From an uncultured Acidobacteriota bacterium (GTDB lineage: Bacteria > Acidobacteriota > Thermoanaerobaculia > Multivoradales > Multivoraceae): a DNA stretch of 64,000 nucleotides. The position numbers and the translations under genes were made by a program. Each line of letters begins with the position of its first letter. The first letter of the stretch is position 1. The stretch covers positions 2,007,695 through 2,071,694 of the forward strand of contig CAWKPF010000003.1 of the NCBI GenBank assembly GCA_963851415.1, given 5' to 3'. Shown here one piece after another: positions 42,823 through 52,746 of this stretch. A model generated the notes under the pieces. That model searched no databases and had not been told where the DNA came from. It was given only the letters and a program-made list of their open reading frames with translations.

Positions 42823-43550
42823 CGCGATTCCTCCCCGGTGACCGCCTCGAGCCACCGCATCTGGTTGATCAGGCTTCGCGTCCGGGGACATCGATGTTCC
42901 GGCAGCGCCGACAACTCCTGCAGCAGGCGTACGAGATCCTCCGGCTCATCGACGTCGGACGCCGGAGCGAGAAGGCGTGCCTCCAGACCGCGCTCACGAC
43001 AGCGTTCCAGGGTCTGCGCGAGAACCCGGTCAGTGCTCCACTCGATGTCGTCGAACAAGTACTCATGCAGCGCCTCGCGCCGAGTCGCGATCAGATAATA
43101 GCCGCCGTCGGTGGCCGGTCCGATCACGACGTCGATTCCCAGGCGAAGACTCTCGAAGGCTTCTTGGACACGTTCCGCCTCGAGAGTGGGGTGATCGCTC
43201 CCGACGACCGCGACATGCGGGTACTCAGTGGCCAGTTTGCCGAGAGCATGGAACATGCGAGAGCCGAGGTTGTCGCCCCGCTGACAAAAGCCCGGCAACG
43301 GCCGGGACAGCAGATGTTCAGCGGGCCTTTCGCCCGCACGTAGGTCCCAGGCCACCTGCAACGCGAAGGCTCCGCGCAACAGTTCCTCGCTGAGGTCGCC
43401 GACAAAAGCCCCGTACAACGCGGCCACGCCCTCTGCATTCAGCCCCTTGTGCTCAGGTGCCACCAGTCGGGTCTTCACCCGTCCCGGGATCGCGGGCTTG
43501 GCGAACAGCGCTACACATGCCGATTGGCTTTTGAAGTTCGAGCTCACCAT
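42819..43550 (-). CDS. DUF2064 / TIGR04282-family nucleotidyl(glycosyl)transferase-like protein
   Basis: N-terminal KTRL motif region CVALFAKPAIPGRVKTRL and GxD..D pattern resembling MobA-like nucleotidyltransferases; 4-nt overlap with nnr. Confidence 0.55.
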   Translation of the reverse strand: MVSSNFKSQSACVALFAKPAIPGRVKTRLVAPEHKGLNAEGVAALYGAFVGDLSEELLRGAFALQVAWDLRAGERPAEHLLSRPLPGFCQRGDNLGSRMFHALGKLATEYPHVAVVGSDHPTLEAERVQEAFESLRLGIDVVIGPATDGGYYLIATRREALHEYLFDDIEWSTDRVLAQTLERCRERGLEARLLAPASDVDEPEDLVRLLQELSALPEHRCPRTRSLINQMRWLEAVTGEESR

Positions 43551-43697
43551 CTCTGTGCCGTCACCCTACTCGTACGCCCTACTACCCATTGGGGTTGGCG
43601 CTGATCCGACTCACACCGTTTCGTATAACAATTCCCAGTGCCGTCCTCATCGCGACGGTAACGCATTTTGCGCAGTGGGCGCGGGGAAGGAGAGACC

Positions 43698-43880
43698 GTG
43701 CAACCCTGGGAGTACAAGGTCATCAACATCCGAAGCGAGAACTACCGCCTCGACCCGGCCTGCGTCTCCGAGCTCAATCGTCTGGGTGCCGAGGGTTGGG
43801 AGCTCGTGTCGATCACCTCGGTCAACTTCAAGACCGGAGCCACCGACAATATCGCCATGGTCTTCAAGAGACCCGTGTAG
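43698..43880 (+). CDS. DUF4177-like small protein
   Basis: 60 aa (VQPWEYKVINIR...LGAEGWELVSIT) with GTG start preceded by GGAAGGAGAG SD. Confidence 0.45.
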   Translation: MQPWEYKVINIRSENYRLDPACVSELNRLGAEGWELVSITSVNFKTGATDNIAMVFKRPV

Positions 43881-43954
43881 TCGTTGTCGGTCGCCGCACG
43901 GTGTCGACAACCCCAGCGGCTCATCGAGAACCGCTCGAGCCCCCGGTCACGATC

Positions 43955-44161
43955 TCACCGCCGGCGAAACAGGCCCTTGGCCGCTACGGCTGCGCCGAGA
44001 CCGATCCCGGCCGCGGCCAGCAATCGCACCCAGGGAGCACTCGGGCGCACGCCGAATTGACTGCCGACGCGCTCGACTCCGGCCACTTCTTCCATCAGCT
44101 GCTGGCGAGCTCGAAGAACTGCGTCGTCGGCCTGCTCGACCCCATTGCGTCCTCGGGTCAC
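43955..44161 (-). CDS. Small tail-anchored membrane protein (DUF3618/YqjD-like), GTGA-coupled to the upstream Holin-X gene
   Basis: 68 aa, polar N-terminus and a single C-terminal TM (WVRLLAAAGIGLGAAVAA); its GTG start overlaps the TGA stop of the upstream gene. Confidence 0.4.
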   Translation of the reverse strand: MTRGRNGVEQADDAVLRARQQLMEEVAGVERVGSQFGVRPSAPWVRLLAAAGIGLGAAVAAKGLFRRR

Positions 44162-44616
44162 CAGTTCTCCTCCGTCGCCGATCGTTCTGCACCACGGCGG
44201 CCGCGGTCTCGATCGGTAGTCGACCCGGAGCGATCGCTCGACGCCTCGGCGCCCAGGCTGTGCCAGAACTCCAGGTGGTCATCGACGCGCCGGCGCACGA
44301 TGGCAATCGGCATCTCCAGCTCGGAGACCTGCCTACGAACGCCCAGATAGAGAATCCACGTCACCACCATCAGAATCACGGCCACGATGAGCGCACCCGC
44401 CCATGCGGGCAGCCAGAGGCTCAGACCGGCCACCGCCGCGTACAGCAGCACGGCCACGCTCCAGAAGACGAAGGTGGCAAGAATGGCGATCCGAATCGCG
44501 ACGCGGCCGAAGGCATAGCCGGTCTCCCCGAGCTCTTCGCCGAGTGCGTGGACCTCGGCGTGGAGCAGGGAGGTCACCGAGCTCCCCAGGCCGCGAAATC
44601 TCTGGACCAGTTTCAA
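44158..44616 (-). CDS. Putative Holin-X / phage holin family (PF07332-like) membrane protein
   Basis: Amphipathic N-terminus (LVQRFRGLGSSVTSLLHAEVHALGEE) then two TM helices and a charged tail. Probable TTG start at 44616 with GGAG SD, after the VWA gene stop. Confidence 0.4.
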   Translation of the reverse strand: MKLVQRFRGLGSSVTSLLHAEVHALGEELGETGYAFGRVAIRIAILATFVFWSVAVLLYAAVAGLSLWLPAWAGALIVAVILMVVTWILYLGVRRQVSELEMPIAIVRRRVDDHLEFWHSLGAEASSDRSGSTTDRDRGRRGAERSATEENW

Positions 44617-44659
44617 CTTGTTGTCTCCGTTCCTGTTGCGGTCTTTGCCGATTCGAGGA

Positions 44660-46498
44660 TCAACCCCCGATGCGAAGCGATCGGTTGATGAAGGACGTGC
44701 GCCCCCCGAAGTCATCGCGAAGCCCGATCGAGATCCTGTGGTCGCCCCCCTTCATCAACAGGGGGACCTCGTAGACCCAGATCTGCTTGCTGGCTGCTTC
44801 GACGTCTTTCTCTGGGATCGAGAAGGTGATCGGAGCCTGGGCGACCGGCGAGACGTCTCCATCCTGGTCACGGGCCTGCACCCAGATCCGCAGCCGCGCC
44901 ACACGACCATCGCGTCCGGGGACCAGCACGACCTCACCGATCGGGATGCGCAGATCCATGTGAACCATGAAGTTCCCGTCGTCTCGCTGGATCACGTTCC
45001 GCGCCTCGAGATCGAGCCCCATCTCATTGGACTGATACCCGAAGTTGAGGGCAGCGGTCGTGGCATCGGCCATCTCGGTCTCGATGGGCTTGTCTCGGTA
45101 GTTGTCTCGATGCCGGATCTTGACGCCACCCTGCTTGTCCTTCAGCTTCACATCGATCTTGTAGGCACGACCACTTCCAGCGTGAGCCGGAGCGAACCCG
45201 AGGGAATAGTAGTAGTCGAAGTCGTCCGCGATGCGGTCGAATCCCCGGTCGAACGCGTTGGTGTTGACGATGTACTGACCGCCGGTGTCGTCCGCCATCA
45301 TCATGATGGTGCTCTGCATGTTGTTCTTGGTGATCGAGTCGATACTGCTCGAGAAGTTCGACGATCGCATCTCGGCACCCCGGAGCGAGCTCGTCCGGAG
45401 CCCTGCTGCATCCAACGTGTAGAACGTGACGCCGTTGGCATTCGCCGTGCGCGTCAGGTCCATGAACCGTCGACTCGCGTCGTACTGGAACGAGTCCATC
45501 ACCGCGTTGCTGGCACCGATCACGGCTTCGCCGGAGCCCCGCTGCTGTTCGTCGATGGCGTGGAACATCTCTTCGGCGGGCCGCATCGGCAGGCCATCGC
45601 TGACGTAGAGAAAGGCCTTTCGTCCCGGAAGCCCACCCAGGAGCCCCACCATCTCCTTGAGACCGTCCAACGTGAACTGAAGATCGTTGTAGACCGACTC
45701 CGCGTACACCCGGATTCTCGGGTAGATGCCTGAGCCGATCATGGCGTTCTCGGCCGACTTCTCGAGGTCCATCAACAGATCTCGTCTCTCGGAGTCGTTC
45801 TGGACTCGTGCCCCGGTGTGCTTTTCCATGTCGTAGAGGGCGTTGGAGATGAGCTGAGGATCGCTGGTGAAACCACGCTCGATCTTGACCGAGCGGTTGT
45901 AGGACACCAGCATCACCCGGTCGCTTCGATCGACACGCTCACGCAGGAACTCCCGGATGTAGCGAAAGACCCGGTTTCGGTTGAACGGCCTGATGTTGAA
46001 GTGATCCACGTAGATGATCAGGTTCAACCGTTCGTCCGCCGGGACCGAGTCCATCTCGGCCCGCCTCAGGTCCGGCAGGCTGCTCACCCCCGGCCGACGC
46101 AGTGGATCGTCCGTCGGCTCCCGTCTGTCGACGCCGACGCGCGCTCCCTCCTTCACCTCGTAGAAATTCGTCACCGTGACTGGGCGCTTGTCCTCGGTGA
46201 TCTCGAAGTCGTCGATGGTCAGACCGGTGACCGGGTTGCCGTCCTTGTCCCGAACGAACACCTCGACGTTGACGACCTTGACCGCGATGTCGTCGATGAA
46301 GGTCGCCCGAGGGTCCTCCTCTGCCGGTTCCGACGGCGAAGGTACTTCTTCCTGCGGCGGCGCGGCCTCCGCAGCAGGCTCCTGCGGCTGTGGGGTCTCC
46401 TCTTGACCAGAAACCGCAGGCGAGCCTCCGCCAGCGAGACCGCAGAGCAGCAGGCTCAGAGCGATGGCGTGGACCGAATTCGCAGCTCGACTCTTCAT
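44660..46498 (-). CDS. Secreted VWA-domain protein, TIGR03436-type (Acidobacterial VWFA-related), paralog 1
   Basis: Signal peptide, then VNVEVFVRDKDGNPVTGLTIDDFEITEDKRPVTV and a VWA-like middle region (YDASRRFMDLTR), 612 aa. Confidence 0.7.
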   Translation of the reverse strand: MKSRAANSVHAIALSLLLCGLAGGGSPAVSGQEETPQPQEPAAEAAPPQEEVPSPSEPAEEDPRATFIDDIAVKVVNVEVFVRDKDGNPVTGLTIDDFEITEDKRPVTVTNFYEVKEGARVGVDRREPTDDPLRRPGVSSLPDLRRAEMDSVPADERLNLIIYVDHFNIRPFNRNRVFRYIREFLRERVDRSDRVMLVSYNRSVKIERGFTSDPQLISNALYDMEKHTGARVQNDSERRDLLMDLEKSAENAMIGSGIYPRIRVYAESVYNDLQFTLDGLKEMVGLLGGLPGRKAFLYVSDGLPMRPAEEMFHAIDEQQRGSGEAVIGASNAVMDSFQYDASRRFMDLTRTANANGVTFYTLDAAGLRTSSLRGAEMRSSNFSSSIDSITKNNMQSTIMMMADDTGGQYIVNTNAFDRGFDRIADDFDYYYSLGFAPAHAGSGRAYKIDVKLKDKQGGVKIRHRDNYRDKPIETEMADATTAALNFGYQSNEMGLDLEARNVIQRDDGNFMVHMDLRIPIGEVVLVPGRDGRVARLRIWVQARDQDGDVSPVAQAPITFSIPEKDVEAASKQIWVYEVPLLMKGGDHRISIGLRDDFGGRTSFINRSLRIGG

Positions 46499-46516
46499 GG
46501 AGTGGTTCGTCTCATG

Positions 46517-48184
46517 TCAGGGTCTGACCTCGAGCGAGGTGGAGAGCATGGTACCGCTCGGAACATCGTAGAGCGCGACGACCAGGTCGTGATCTCGCCG
46601 CCGCATCCGCAACTTGGTGTCGTAGTTCAGGTAGGTTCCCGCAGCCGGTGCTTCGGCGAGCTCGAGAATCAGGGGAATGACCGGAATGTCCGCGGTAGAC
46701 CCGCGGTCGTCCAGCACAGCGATGCGCAGCTCGAGCTCCGCCCGCAGGGTCGACGGGCCGGTGGGAAGAAAGGTGATGCCATCCACCGGAATCGAAACGA
46801 CCAGTGGCACGTTCATCTTCTTCTTGCCCCCCTCGGGCCGCCCGACCTCGACCAGGAGCGGATGCGGACTCGGAGGCGAGCCGAAGTAGAGCGCGCTCTC
46901 CACCGCCATCGTCACCTCGCTCTCCTTGGAGAAGTCGAAGAAGTCTGCACGATTGCGCACTCGAAGGCCCTCTGCCTTGACTCGCACCTTCACGTCTCGC
47001 CGTTGGTCGTCACCGAGGCGCTCGGGAGTGAAACCGAGCCAATAGTAGGAGCGAGTGTCGGCCACGACCGACTCGAAGGCCCGGTCGCGGGCAGAGTTGA
47101 TCAGGGCCCTTCCGCCAGTCTCTTCTGCCACCCAGTGGAGCGTCTGCTGCACGCCGAACTCTCGGGTCAGGGTCTCGTCGCCGCGCACGGGGAAGTTCCG
47201 ATCGACACCGGTGAGACCGGTGAAATAGAAGCCCGGAACGTCGACCGAGTAGAGCGTGTAGCCCAGCAGGTTGGCGGTGTCGATCAACGGGGAAAAGAGC
47301 CTCTCCCCGGCCACGAGATCACCCTCGACGACGAATCGGTCGAGGTTGTTCACGACATACTCGGCGGGAAACCAGGGCCATCCCCCGGAGAGCAACACCA
47401 TCACCTTTCGGCCCGGCGGCGAAGCGAAGCCACGCAAAGTCGAAGTGGCTGCGCTGACCGCTCTCTCGACCTGGTCGGTGAGAAGCTGCGTCCAGTAGCG
47501 CTCCTCGACGCTGAGCGTGGTCTCCAGCCGCAGGGCGGGGTCGAGCACGTCGCCCCGGAGGCCCGGGCGCATGGCACGATCTGCCTGGTCACGCTCGATT
47601 CGTCGCGCCATTCCCTGCATGGGACGATCGAGGGCGACCCGGAAGGCCTTCTCCAGCTCGTTCTGAGAGCTCGTCCAGCTGGTCAGCATCGCCAACTCGC
47701 GACCGTCATACGCCACGATGGCCATTCGGTCCTCGGGCGCCATCTCGACCACCTGCTCGGACAGACGCCGGAGCACGCGCGTCAGATCTCGGGGCTCCGA
47801 GAAGTACTCGTCGACGAAGACCAGATAGCTGGTGCCGACTGGCTCCCCGGCGACCAGCGCGGGAATACCGGCCCCAGGCGAATCGCCGCGAGACTTCACT
47901 GCGAGCCCGCCAGACACCTCGGTGAAATACTCGATCGGGGTCACGACCCCGTCGACGATCAACTCGAAGTCGTCCGGCTTCAGTCCGGGAATTCGCTCGC
48001 CCCGCTTGTCGGTGACCACGACCTCCACGTTGACCACGCGCACGTCGACGGTCTCACTGAAGACCTGAGCGCCCGCGCTCGGTCCCGGAGGCTGCCGTCC
48101 CGGCGATTGGGCCGAGACCACTGTGGGTAAGGCCAGAAAGGCCAGGAGCGCCCACGGGCGCATATGTTCGAGCATCTCGGTCAT
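46517..48184 (-). CDS. Secreted VWA-domain protein, TIGR03436-type, paralog 2
   Basis: Signal peptide MRPWALLAFLALPTVVSAQS, then VRVVNVEVVVTDKRGERIPGLKPDDFELIVDGV, collinear with paralog 1; 18-nt gap to paralog 1. Confidence 0.7.
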   Translation of the reverse strand: MTEMLEHMRPWALLAFLALPTVVSAQSPGRQPPGPSAGAQVFSETVDVRVVNVEVVVTDKRGERIPGLKPDDFELIVDGVVTPIEYFTEVSGGLAVKSRGDSPGAGIPALVAGEPVGTSYLVFVDEYFSEPRDLTRVLRRLSEQVVEMAPEDRMAIVAYDGRELAMLTSWTSSQNELEKAFRVALDRPMQGMARRIERDQADRAMRPGLRGDVLDPALRLETTLSVEERYWTQLLTDQVERAVSAATSTLRGFASPPGRKVMVLLSGGWPWFPAEYVVNNLDRFVVEGDLVAGERLFSPLIDTANLLGYTLYSVDVPGFYFTGLTGVDRNFPVRGDETLTREFGVQQTLHWVAEETGGRALINSARDRAFESVVADTRSYYWLGFTPERLGDDQRRDVKVRVKAEGLRVRNRADFFDFSKESEVTMAVESALYFGSPPSPHPLLVEVGRPEGGKKKMNVPLVVSIPVDGITFLPTGPSTLRAELELRIAVLDDRGSTADIPVIPLILELAEAPAAGTYLNYDTKLRMRRRDHDLVVALYDVPSGTMLSTSLEVRP

Positions 48185-48351
48185 CCTAACAAAGGGATGA
48201 CGGCCACCGATTCCAGGAATCGCCCTCTTTACCGTTCCGCTGCGGCGTCCGTGGGCACCCCTTGCGGTGAACTGCGGATTCGCGCCAACATCTGCGTGGC
48301 CGTCACCTCGCAAGCGCTTTTCTCGAACTCCTCCTTCCCTCTGGACTGCCT

Positions 48352-49431
48352 GTGACCGATCCCGCACCGACCGAAGCGCCCTCGGCACCCCCCGTTCCGA
48401 TCGGACCGCTCGGTCGGGAGCGGTTCGCCGCACTCGAAAGCTACCTCGCCAGCTGCGATCGACGCGGTCGTTGGCTCGTGCTGACCCACGACAATCCTGA
48501 TCCCGACGCTCTCGCGTCGGCAACCTTGCTCGGAAAGGTCCTTCGAAGACGCTTCGGCCGCCCCGTCACCCTGGCCTATGCCGGGATCATCGGGCGGGCC
48601 GAGAATCAGGCCATGGTGAGCAGCCTGGGAATCCGGATCTCCCACCTGCGCAACCTCAATCTGCGCAACTATCGCCACTTCGCGCTGGTCGATGCGCAAC
48701 CCGGCACCGGGAACCACCAACTCCCGGATCGGATCAACCCCGACCTGGTCATCGATCATCACCCCATGCGCAAGGCCACCTCCAGCGTGCGCGTTGCCGA
48801 CATCCGCACTTCCTACGCTGCCACGGCCACCATTGCGGGCGAATACCTGCTTCTCTCCGGGATCGAGCCGACGGCCAAGGAAGCGACCGCGCTGGTGTAT
48901 GCCCTCCGCTCTGAAACGCTCGACTTCAGTCGCGAGTCGCCGGGGCCCGATCGTTCTGTCTACGACTACTACTTCTCGCGCGCCGACAAGCGGGCACTCG
49001 GGAAGATCCAGCGTCCGCGTCTGCCAGTCTCCTACTTCAGTACCCTGAAGGAGGCCCTGGCGCACGTCGAGACTGCGGATACGCTGATCGTGAGCCACCT
49101 CGCATCCATCCCGCAGCCCGACGTCGTACCGGAGATCGCGGATCTCCTCTTGCGCATGGAGGGCCGAACGTGGGCCTTGTGCACCGGGATCTACGGCGAT
49201 CGCATCTTCTGCTCGTTGCGCACGACCAACCCCCGTGCCGACGCCGCCGGTGTCATGCGACGTCTGCTCGGGCGCCGCGGCAAGGGAGGTGGCCACAGCA
49301 TGCTGGCCGGCGGCTGGCTCCCGGCACCGGAGACGCCGGAGGCCCGGGCCGCGACCCAGCGCAACCTGGGGCGCCGACTCGCCAAGATGCTGCGAAAGAA
49401 CCCTGACCGTCTGACTCCGCTCGAGCTGTGA
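48352..49431 (+). CDS. DHH-family phosphoesterase (NrnA-like oligoribonuclease / pAp phosphatase)
   Basis: DHH motifs (LTHDNPDPDALAS...DHH) plus a C-terminal DHHA1 region with GGGH. Confidence 0.75.
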   Translation: MTDPAPTEAPSAPPVPIGPLGRERFAALESYLASCDRRGRWLVLTHDNPDPDALASATLLGKVLRRRFGRPVTLAYAGIIGRAENQAMVSSLGIRISHLRNLNLRNYRHFALVDAQPGTGNHQLPDRINPDLVIDHHPMRKATSSVRVADIRTSYAATATIAGEYLLLSGIEPTAKEATALVYALRSETLDFSRESPGPDRSVYDYYFSRADKRALGKIQRPRLPVSYFSTLKEALAHVETADTLIVSHLASIPQPDVVPEIADLLLRMEGRTWALCTGIYGDRIFCSLRTTNPRADAAGVMRRLLGRRGKGGGHSMLAGGWLPAPETPEARAATQRNLGRRLAKMLRKNPDRLTPLEL

Positions 49432-49456
49432 AGCGAGGGGCCCGCCGGCTTTCGTG

Positions 49457-51175
49457 TCAATCGGCCCAGAGCGAGACGATCTCGAAACGCTCCACGTCGA
49501 CCAGGCCCTGGTCGGTCAGCTTCAGGGACGGGATGACCTCGAGTGCCAGGAAGCTGAGCGCCATGAAGGGATCGCCCCGATCGGCGCCCAGCTCCGCTGC
49601 GGCGCCGAGCAGGGCATCGTGAAGACGACGAACCTCCTCGACCGGTCGATCACTCATCAATCCTGCCAGCGGCAGAGGCAGCTCTGCGAGGACTCGCTCT
49701 CCGGCTGCCACCACGAGTCCTCCGCCCAGCGCCTCCGCTCGTCGAGCGGCGACCTGCATCGAGGCGTCGTCCGCACCCACGACGACCAGATTGTGATGAT
49801 CGTGTGCCACCGTCGATGCCAGAGCCCCTCGGCGAAGCCCCAGACCGTGCACGAAGCCCAGCCCCAGACTGCCGGTGGCACGATGGCGCTCGATGACGGC
49901 CATCTTGACCAGGTCGCGTTCCGGATCCGCCTGCACGACGCCATCGACGACCCGGGGCGCCTCCTCCCGCGACTCTGTGAGCAGCTGATCCCGCAACGCA
50001 CCGATCACGCGAAGTCGCTCCCCCTCGACCGGCACACCCAGATCGACCGTACTCCAGTCGACGTTCACGCTCAGTGGGAGGCGAGCCTTTCGAGAAGTCC
50101 GAGGGATCGCCATGGCTCCCGCTCGCGCCACGATCTCTCCGTTCCTCAGCACCAGCCGAGCCGTGAGGCTCTGCAGATCGTCGAAGACCACCAGATCGGC
50201 CCGGAGTCCCGGAGCGATCGCACCCCGATCGACGAGGCCGTAGTGGCGGGCTGGATTCCAGGTCGCCAATCGCAGGGCCAGGAGCGGATCGACGCCGCTC
50301 GTGATCAAGCGCCGCACCATTCCGTCGATGTGGCCCTCGTCGAGCAGATGAGCGGGAGTGCGATCGTCGGTGCACAGGCAAAGACGATGGGCGGTCGCGG
50401 GGCCCACGATCTCCGTCAGTGCGTCCAGGTTCCGCGCATTGGTCGCTTCGCGCAGGAAGACACTCATCCCCGCCGACAGCTTCTCGATCGCCTCAGCCGC
50501 AGTCGTGCACTCGTGATCGGAGCCGATCCCCGCTGCGGCGTAGGCCAGCAGGTCGCCCCCGGTCATACCGGGAGCGTGCCCATCGATCGGTCGGCCCGCG
50601 AACGCCTCGAGCTTGGCCACGACGTCCGCGTCGCCCGCGAGCACTCCAGGGAAATTCATCACCTCCGCGAGCCCGAGAACTCGAGACTCCCCCAGCAGTG
50701 TGACGAGGTCGGCGGCCTCGAGCGTCGCCCCGTTGCTCTCCATGGCGGTTGCCGGCACACAGGAAGGAGCCATCACGTAGACGTCGAGCGGGGCGAGGGA
50801 GGCACGCTCGAGCATGAAGCGGATCCCTGCGAGCCCGGACACGTTGGCGATCTCGTGCGGGTCGGTGATCACCGTCGTCGTGCCGTGGGGAACCACCGCT
50901 CGCGCGAACTCGTCCGGCGGCACCATGGAGCTCTCGATGTGAACGTGTGCGTCGATCAACCCGGGTGACACGATGTCGCCGTCGAGCTCGATGACCTCCC
51001 GGGCCTCGAAGCGCCCGACTCCGACGATACGCCCGTCACACATACCCACGTCGCCGTCGACGATGCGACCCGTTGCCAGATCGGCGACCCTGCCTCCGCG
51101 CAACACCAGGTCCGCTGGCCGCTCACCCCGAGCGACCTGCGACAACCTCGCTCGTCCCGATTCGGGAACGCTCAT
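49457..51175 (-). CDS. ade: Adenine deaminase
   Basis: Amidohydrolase fold, IDAHVHIESS metal ligands and the adenine-deaminase C-domain; 572 aa. Confidence 0.85.
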   Translation of the reverse strand: MSVPESGRARLSQVARGERPADLVLRGGRVADLATGRIVDGDVGMCDGRIVGVGRFEAREVIELDGDIVSPGLIDAHVHIESSMVPPDEFARAVVPHGTTTVITDPHEIANVSGLAGIRFMLERASLAPLDVYVMAPSCVPATAMESNGATLEAADLVTLLGESRVLGLAEVMNFPGVLAGDADVVAKLEAFAGRPIDGHAPGMTGGDLLAYAAAGIGSDHECTTAAEAIEKLSAGMSVFLREATNARNLDALTEIVGPATAHRLCLCTDDRTPAHLLDEGHIDGMVRRLITSGVDPLLALRLATWNPARHYGLVDRGAIAPGLRADLVVFDDLQSLTARLVLRNGEIVARAGAMAIPRTSRKARLPLSVNVDWSTVDLGVPVEGERLRVIGALRDQLLTESREEAPRVVDGVVQADPERDLVKMAVIERHRATGSLGLGFVHGLGLRRGALASTVAHDHHNLVVVGADDASMQVAARRAEALGGGLVVAAGERVLAELPLPLAGLMSDRPVEEVRRLHDALLGAAAELGADRGDPFMALSFLALEVIPSLKLTDQGLVDVERFEIVSLWAD

Positions 51176-51204
51176 TTGCCCTCCACGCTCTGATCGTCAT
51201 CCCC

Positions 51205-52746
51205 TCATTCCCATTCGATCGTTCCCGGAGGCTTGCTGGTCAGATCGTAAACGACCCGGTTCACTCCCGAGACCTCGTTGACGATCCGATTGGCCACCTT
51301 GCCGAGAAACTCGTAGGGCAGATGGCACCAGTCGGCGGTCATGAAGTCCTCGGTCTCGACGGCCCTCAGCGCGACCGCGTTCTCATAGGTTCGTCCGTCG
51401 CCCATCACCCCGACACTCTGCACCGGCAGCAGAACGGCAAGGGCCTGAGCCACGCGATCGTAGAGCTCGGCTGCCCGCAACTCCTCGATGAAGATCGCGT
51501 CCGCCTCCTGAAGGGTCGCGACACGCTCGGCAGTGACCTCACCGAGCACCCGAACCGCCAGCCCCGGACCGGGGAAGGGATGCCTCGAGATCAGCTCCTC
51601 TGGGAGCTCGAGCTCGCGGCCGAGGCGACGGACTTCGTCCTTGAAGAGGTATCGGAGTGGCTCGATGAGCTCGAAGCCGAGCTCCTCCGGCAGACCACCG
51701 ACGTTGTGGTGAGTCTTGATCGTGGCGGACGGTCCCTTGACCGAGACCGACTCGATGACGTCCGGATAGAGAGTGCCCTGGGCGAGGAAACGCACATCGC
51801 TGTGCTTGCTCGCCTCGCGCCGGAACACGTCGATGAATGTGTGGCCGATGATCTTGCGTTTCTCTTCCGGGTCCGAGACCCCCGCGAGACCGCCGAGGAA
51901 CTCTTCTCGCGCATCGATCACCTCGATCGGAATGTCGAGCCCGTCTCGCAAGCTGACCTCCACCTGGTCTCGCTCTCCCGAGCGCAGCACGCCGTTGTCG
52001 ACGAACACGGCGATCAGCTGGGAGCCGATGGCCCTGCGCATCAAGGCCGTCACGACCGAGGAGTCGACTCCACCGGAGAGGGCACAGATCACTCGCGCCT
52101 CCCCTACCTGCTCGCGCACCGCCGCGATCGCTTCCTCGAGGTAGGACGACATTCTCCACTCCCCGCTCGCGCCGCAGCCGTCGAACAGGAAGTTGCGAAG
52201 CACGAGCCGGCCCTGCACGGTGTGGGTGACCTCGGGGTGAAACTGGATCCCGTAGAGGCCGCGCTCCGGATTCTCGAATGCAACGACCGGGGCACTCGTC
52301 GTAGACGCCAGAACCGAGAACCCGTCGGGGAGCGAGGACACCGTGTCGCCGTGACTCATCCATACGGTCTCCTGCGATTGAAGGCCGGAGAGCAGGCGCC
52401 CTTCGGTACCGACCGCGATCTCGGTGCGCCCGTACTCCCGAACCCCGGCGCTGGAGACGTCGCCTCCGACGTCGCGCGCCAGAAGCTGCATCCCGTAGCA
52501 GATTCCGAGGGTCGGGATCCCGAGCTGCATCACTTCGGGGTCGGGCAACGGGGCCCCCTCGGCGTACACGCTATCGGGGCCACCGGAGAGAATGACGCCG
52601 ATCGGCTCTCGCGCGCGAATCGTCTCGGCCGGGGTGTCGTAGGGGTGAATCTCGCAATAGACGTTCTGCTCGCGCACGCGCCGTGCGATCAGCTGGGTGT
52701 ACTGGCCCCCGAAGTCGAGGATCAGGACGGTCTGGTGCTCGCTCAT
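51205..52746 (-). CDS. guaA: GMP synthase (glutamine-hydrolysing)
   Basis: GATase1 (GICYGMQL) plus ATP-PPase SGGVDSSV plus a C-terminal dimerisation domain ending TIEWE. Confidence 0.95.
   Translation of the reverse strand: MSEHQTVLILDFGGQYTQLIARRVREQNVYCEIHPYDTPAETIRAREPIGVILSGGPDSVYAEGAPLPDPEVMQLGIPTLGICYGMQLLARDVGGDVSSAGVREYGRTEIAVGTEGRLLSGLQSQETVWMSHGDTVSSLPDGFSVLASTTSAPVVAFENPERGLYGIQFHPEVTHTVQGRLVLRNFLFDGCGASGEWRMSSYLEEAIAAVREQVGEARVICALSGGVDSSVVTALMRRAIGSQLIAVFVDNGVLRSGERDQVEVSLRDGLDIPIEVIDAREEFLGGLAGVSDPEEKRKIIGHTFIDVFRREASKHSDVRFLAQGTLYPDVIESVSVKGPSATIKTHHNVGGLPEELGFELIEPLRYLFKDEVRRLGRELELPEELISRHPFPGPGLAVRVLGEVTAERVATLQEADAIFIEELRAAELYDRVAQALAVLLPVQSVGVMGDGRTYENAVALRAVETEDFMTADWCHLPYEFLGKVANRIVNEVSGVNRVVYDLTSKPPGTIEWE

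Noticed and set aside
44158-44715. Phage-derived lysis cassette or prophage remnant suggested by the 'phage holin family' protein
   Set aside because: No endolysin, spanin, integrase, capsid or tail genes are nearby. Holin-X (PF07332)-type proteins paired with a small tail-anchored protein are chromosomal stress or membrane modules in many bacteria, so a prophage is not supported.
45818-48130. 770-aa plus-strand ORF
   Set aside because: Antisense to the two VWA paralogs, which have signal peptides and family-specific N-terminal domains on the minus strand.
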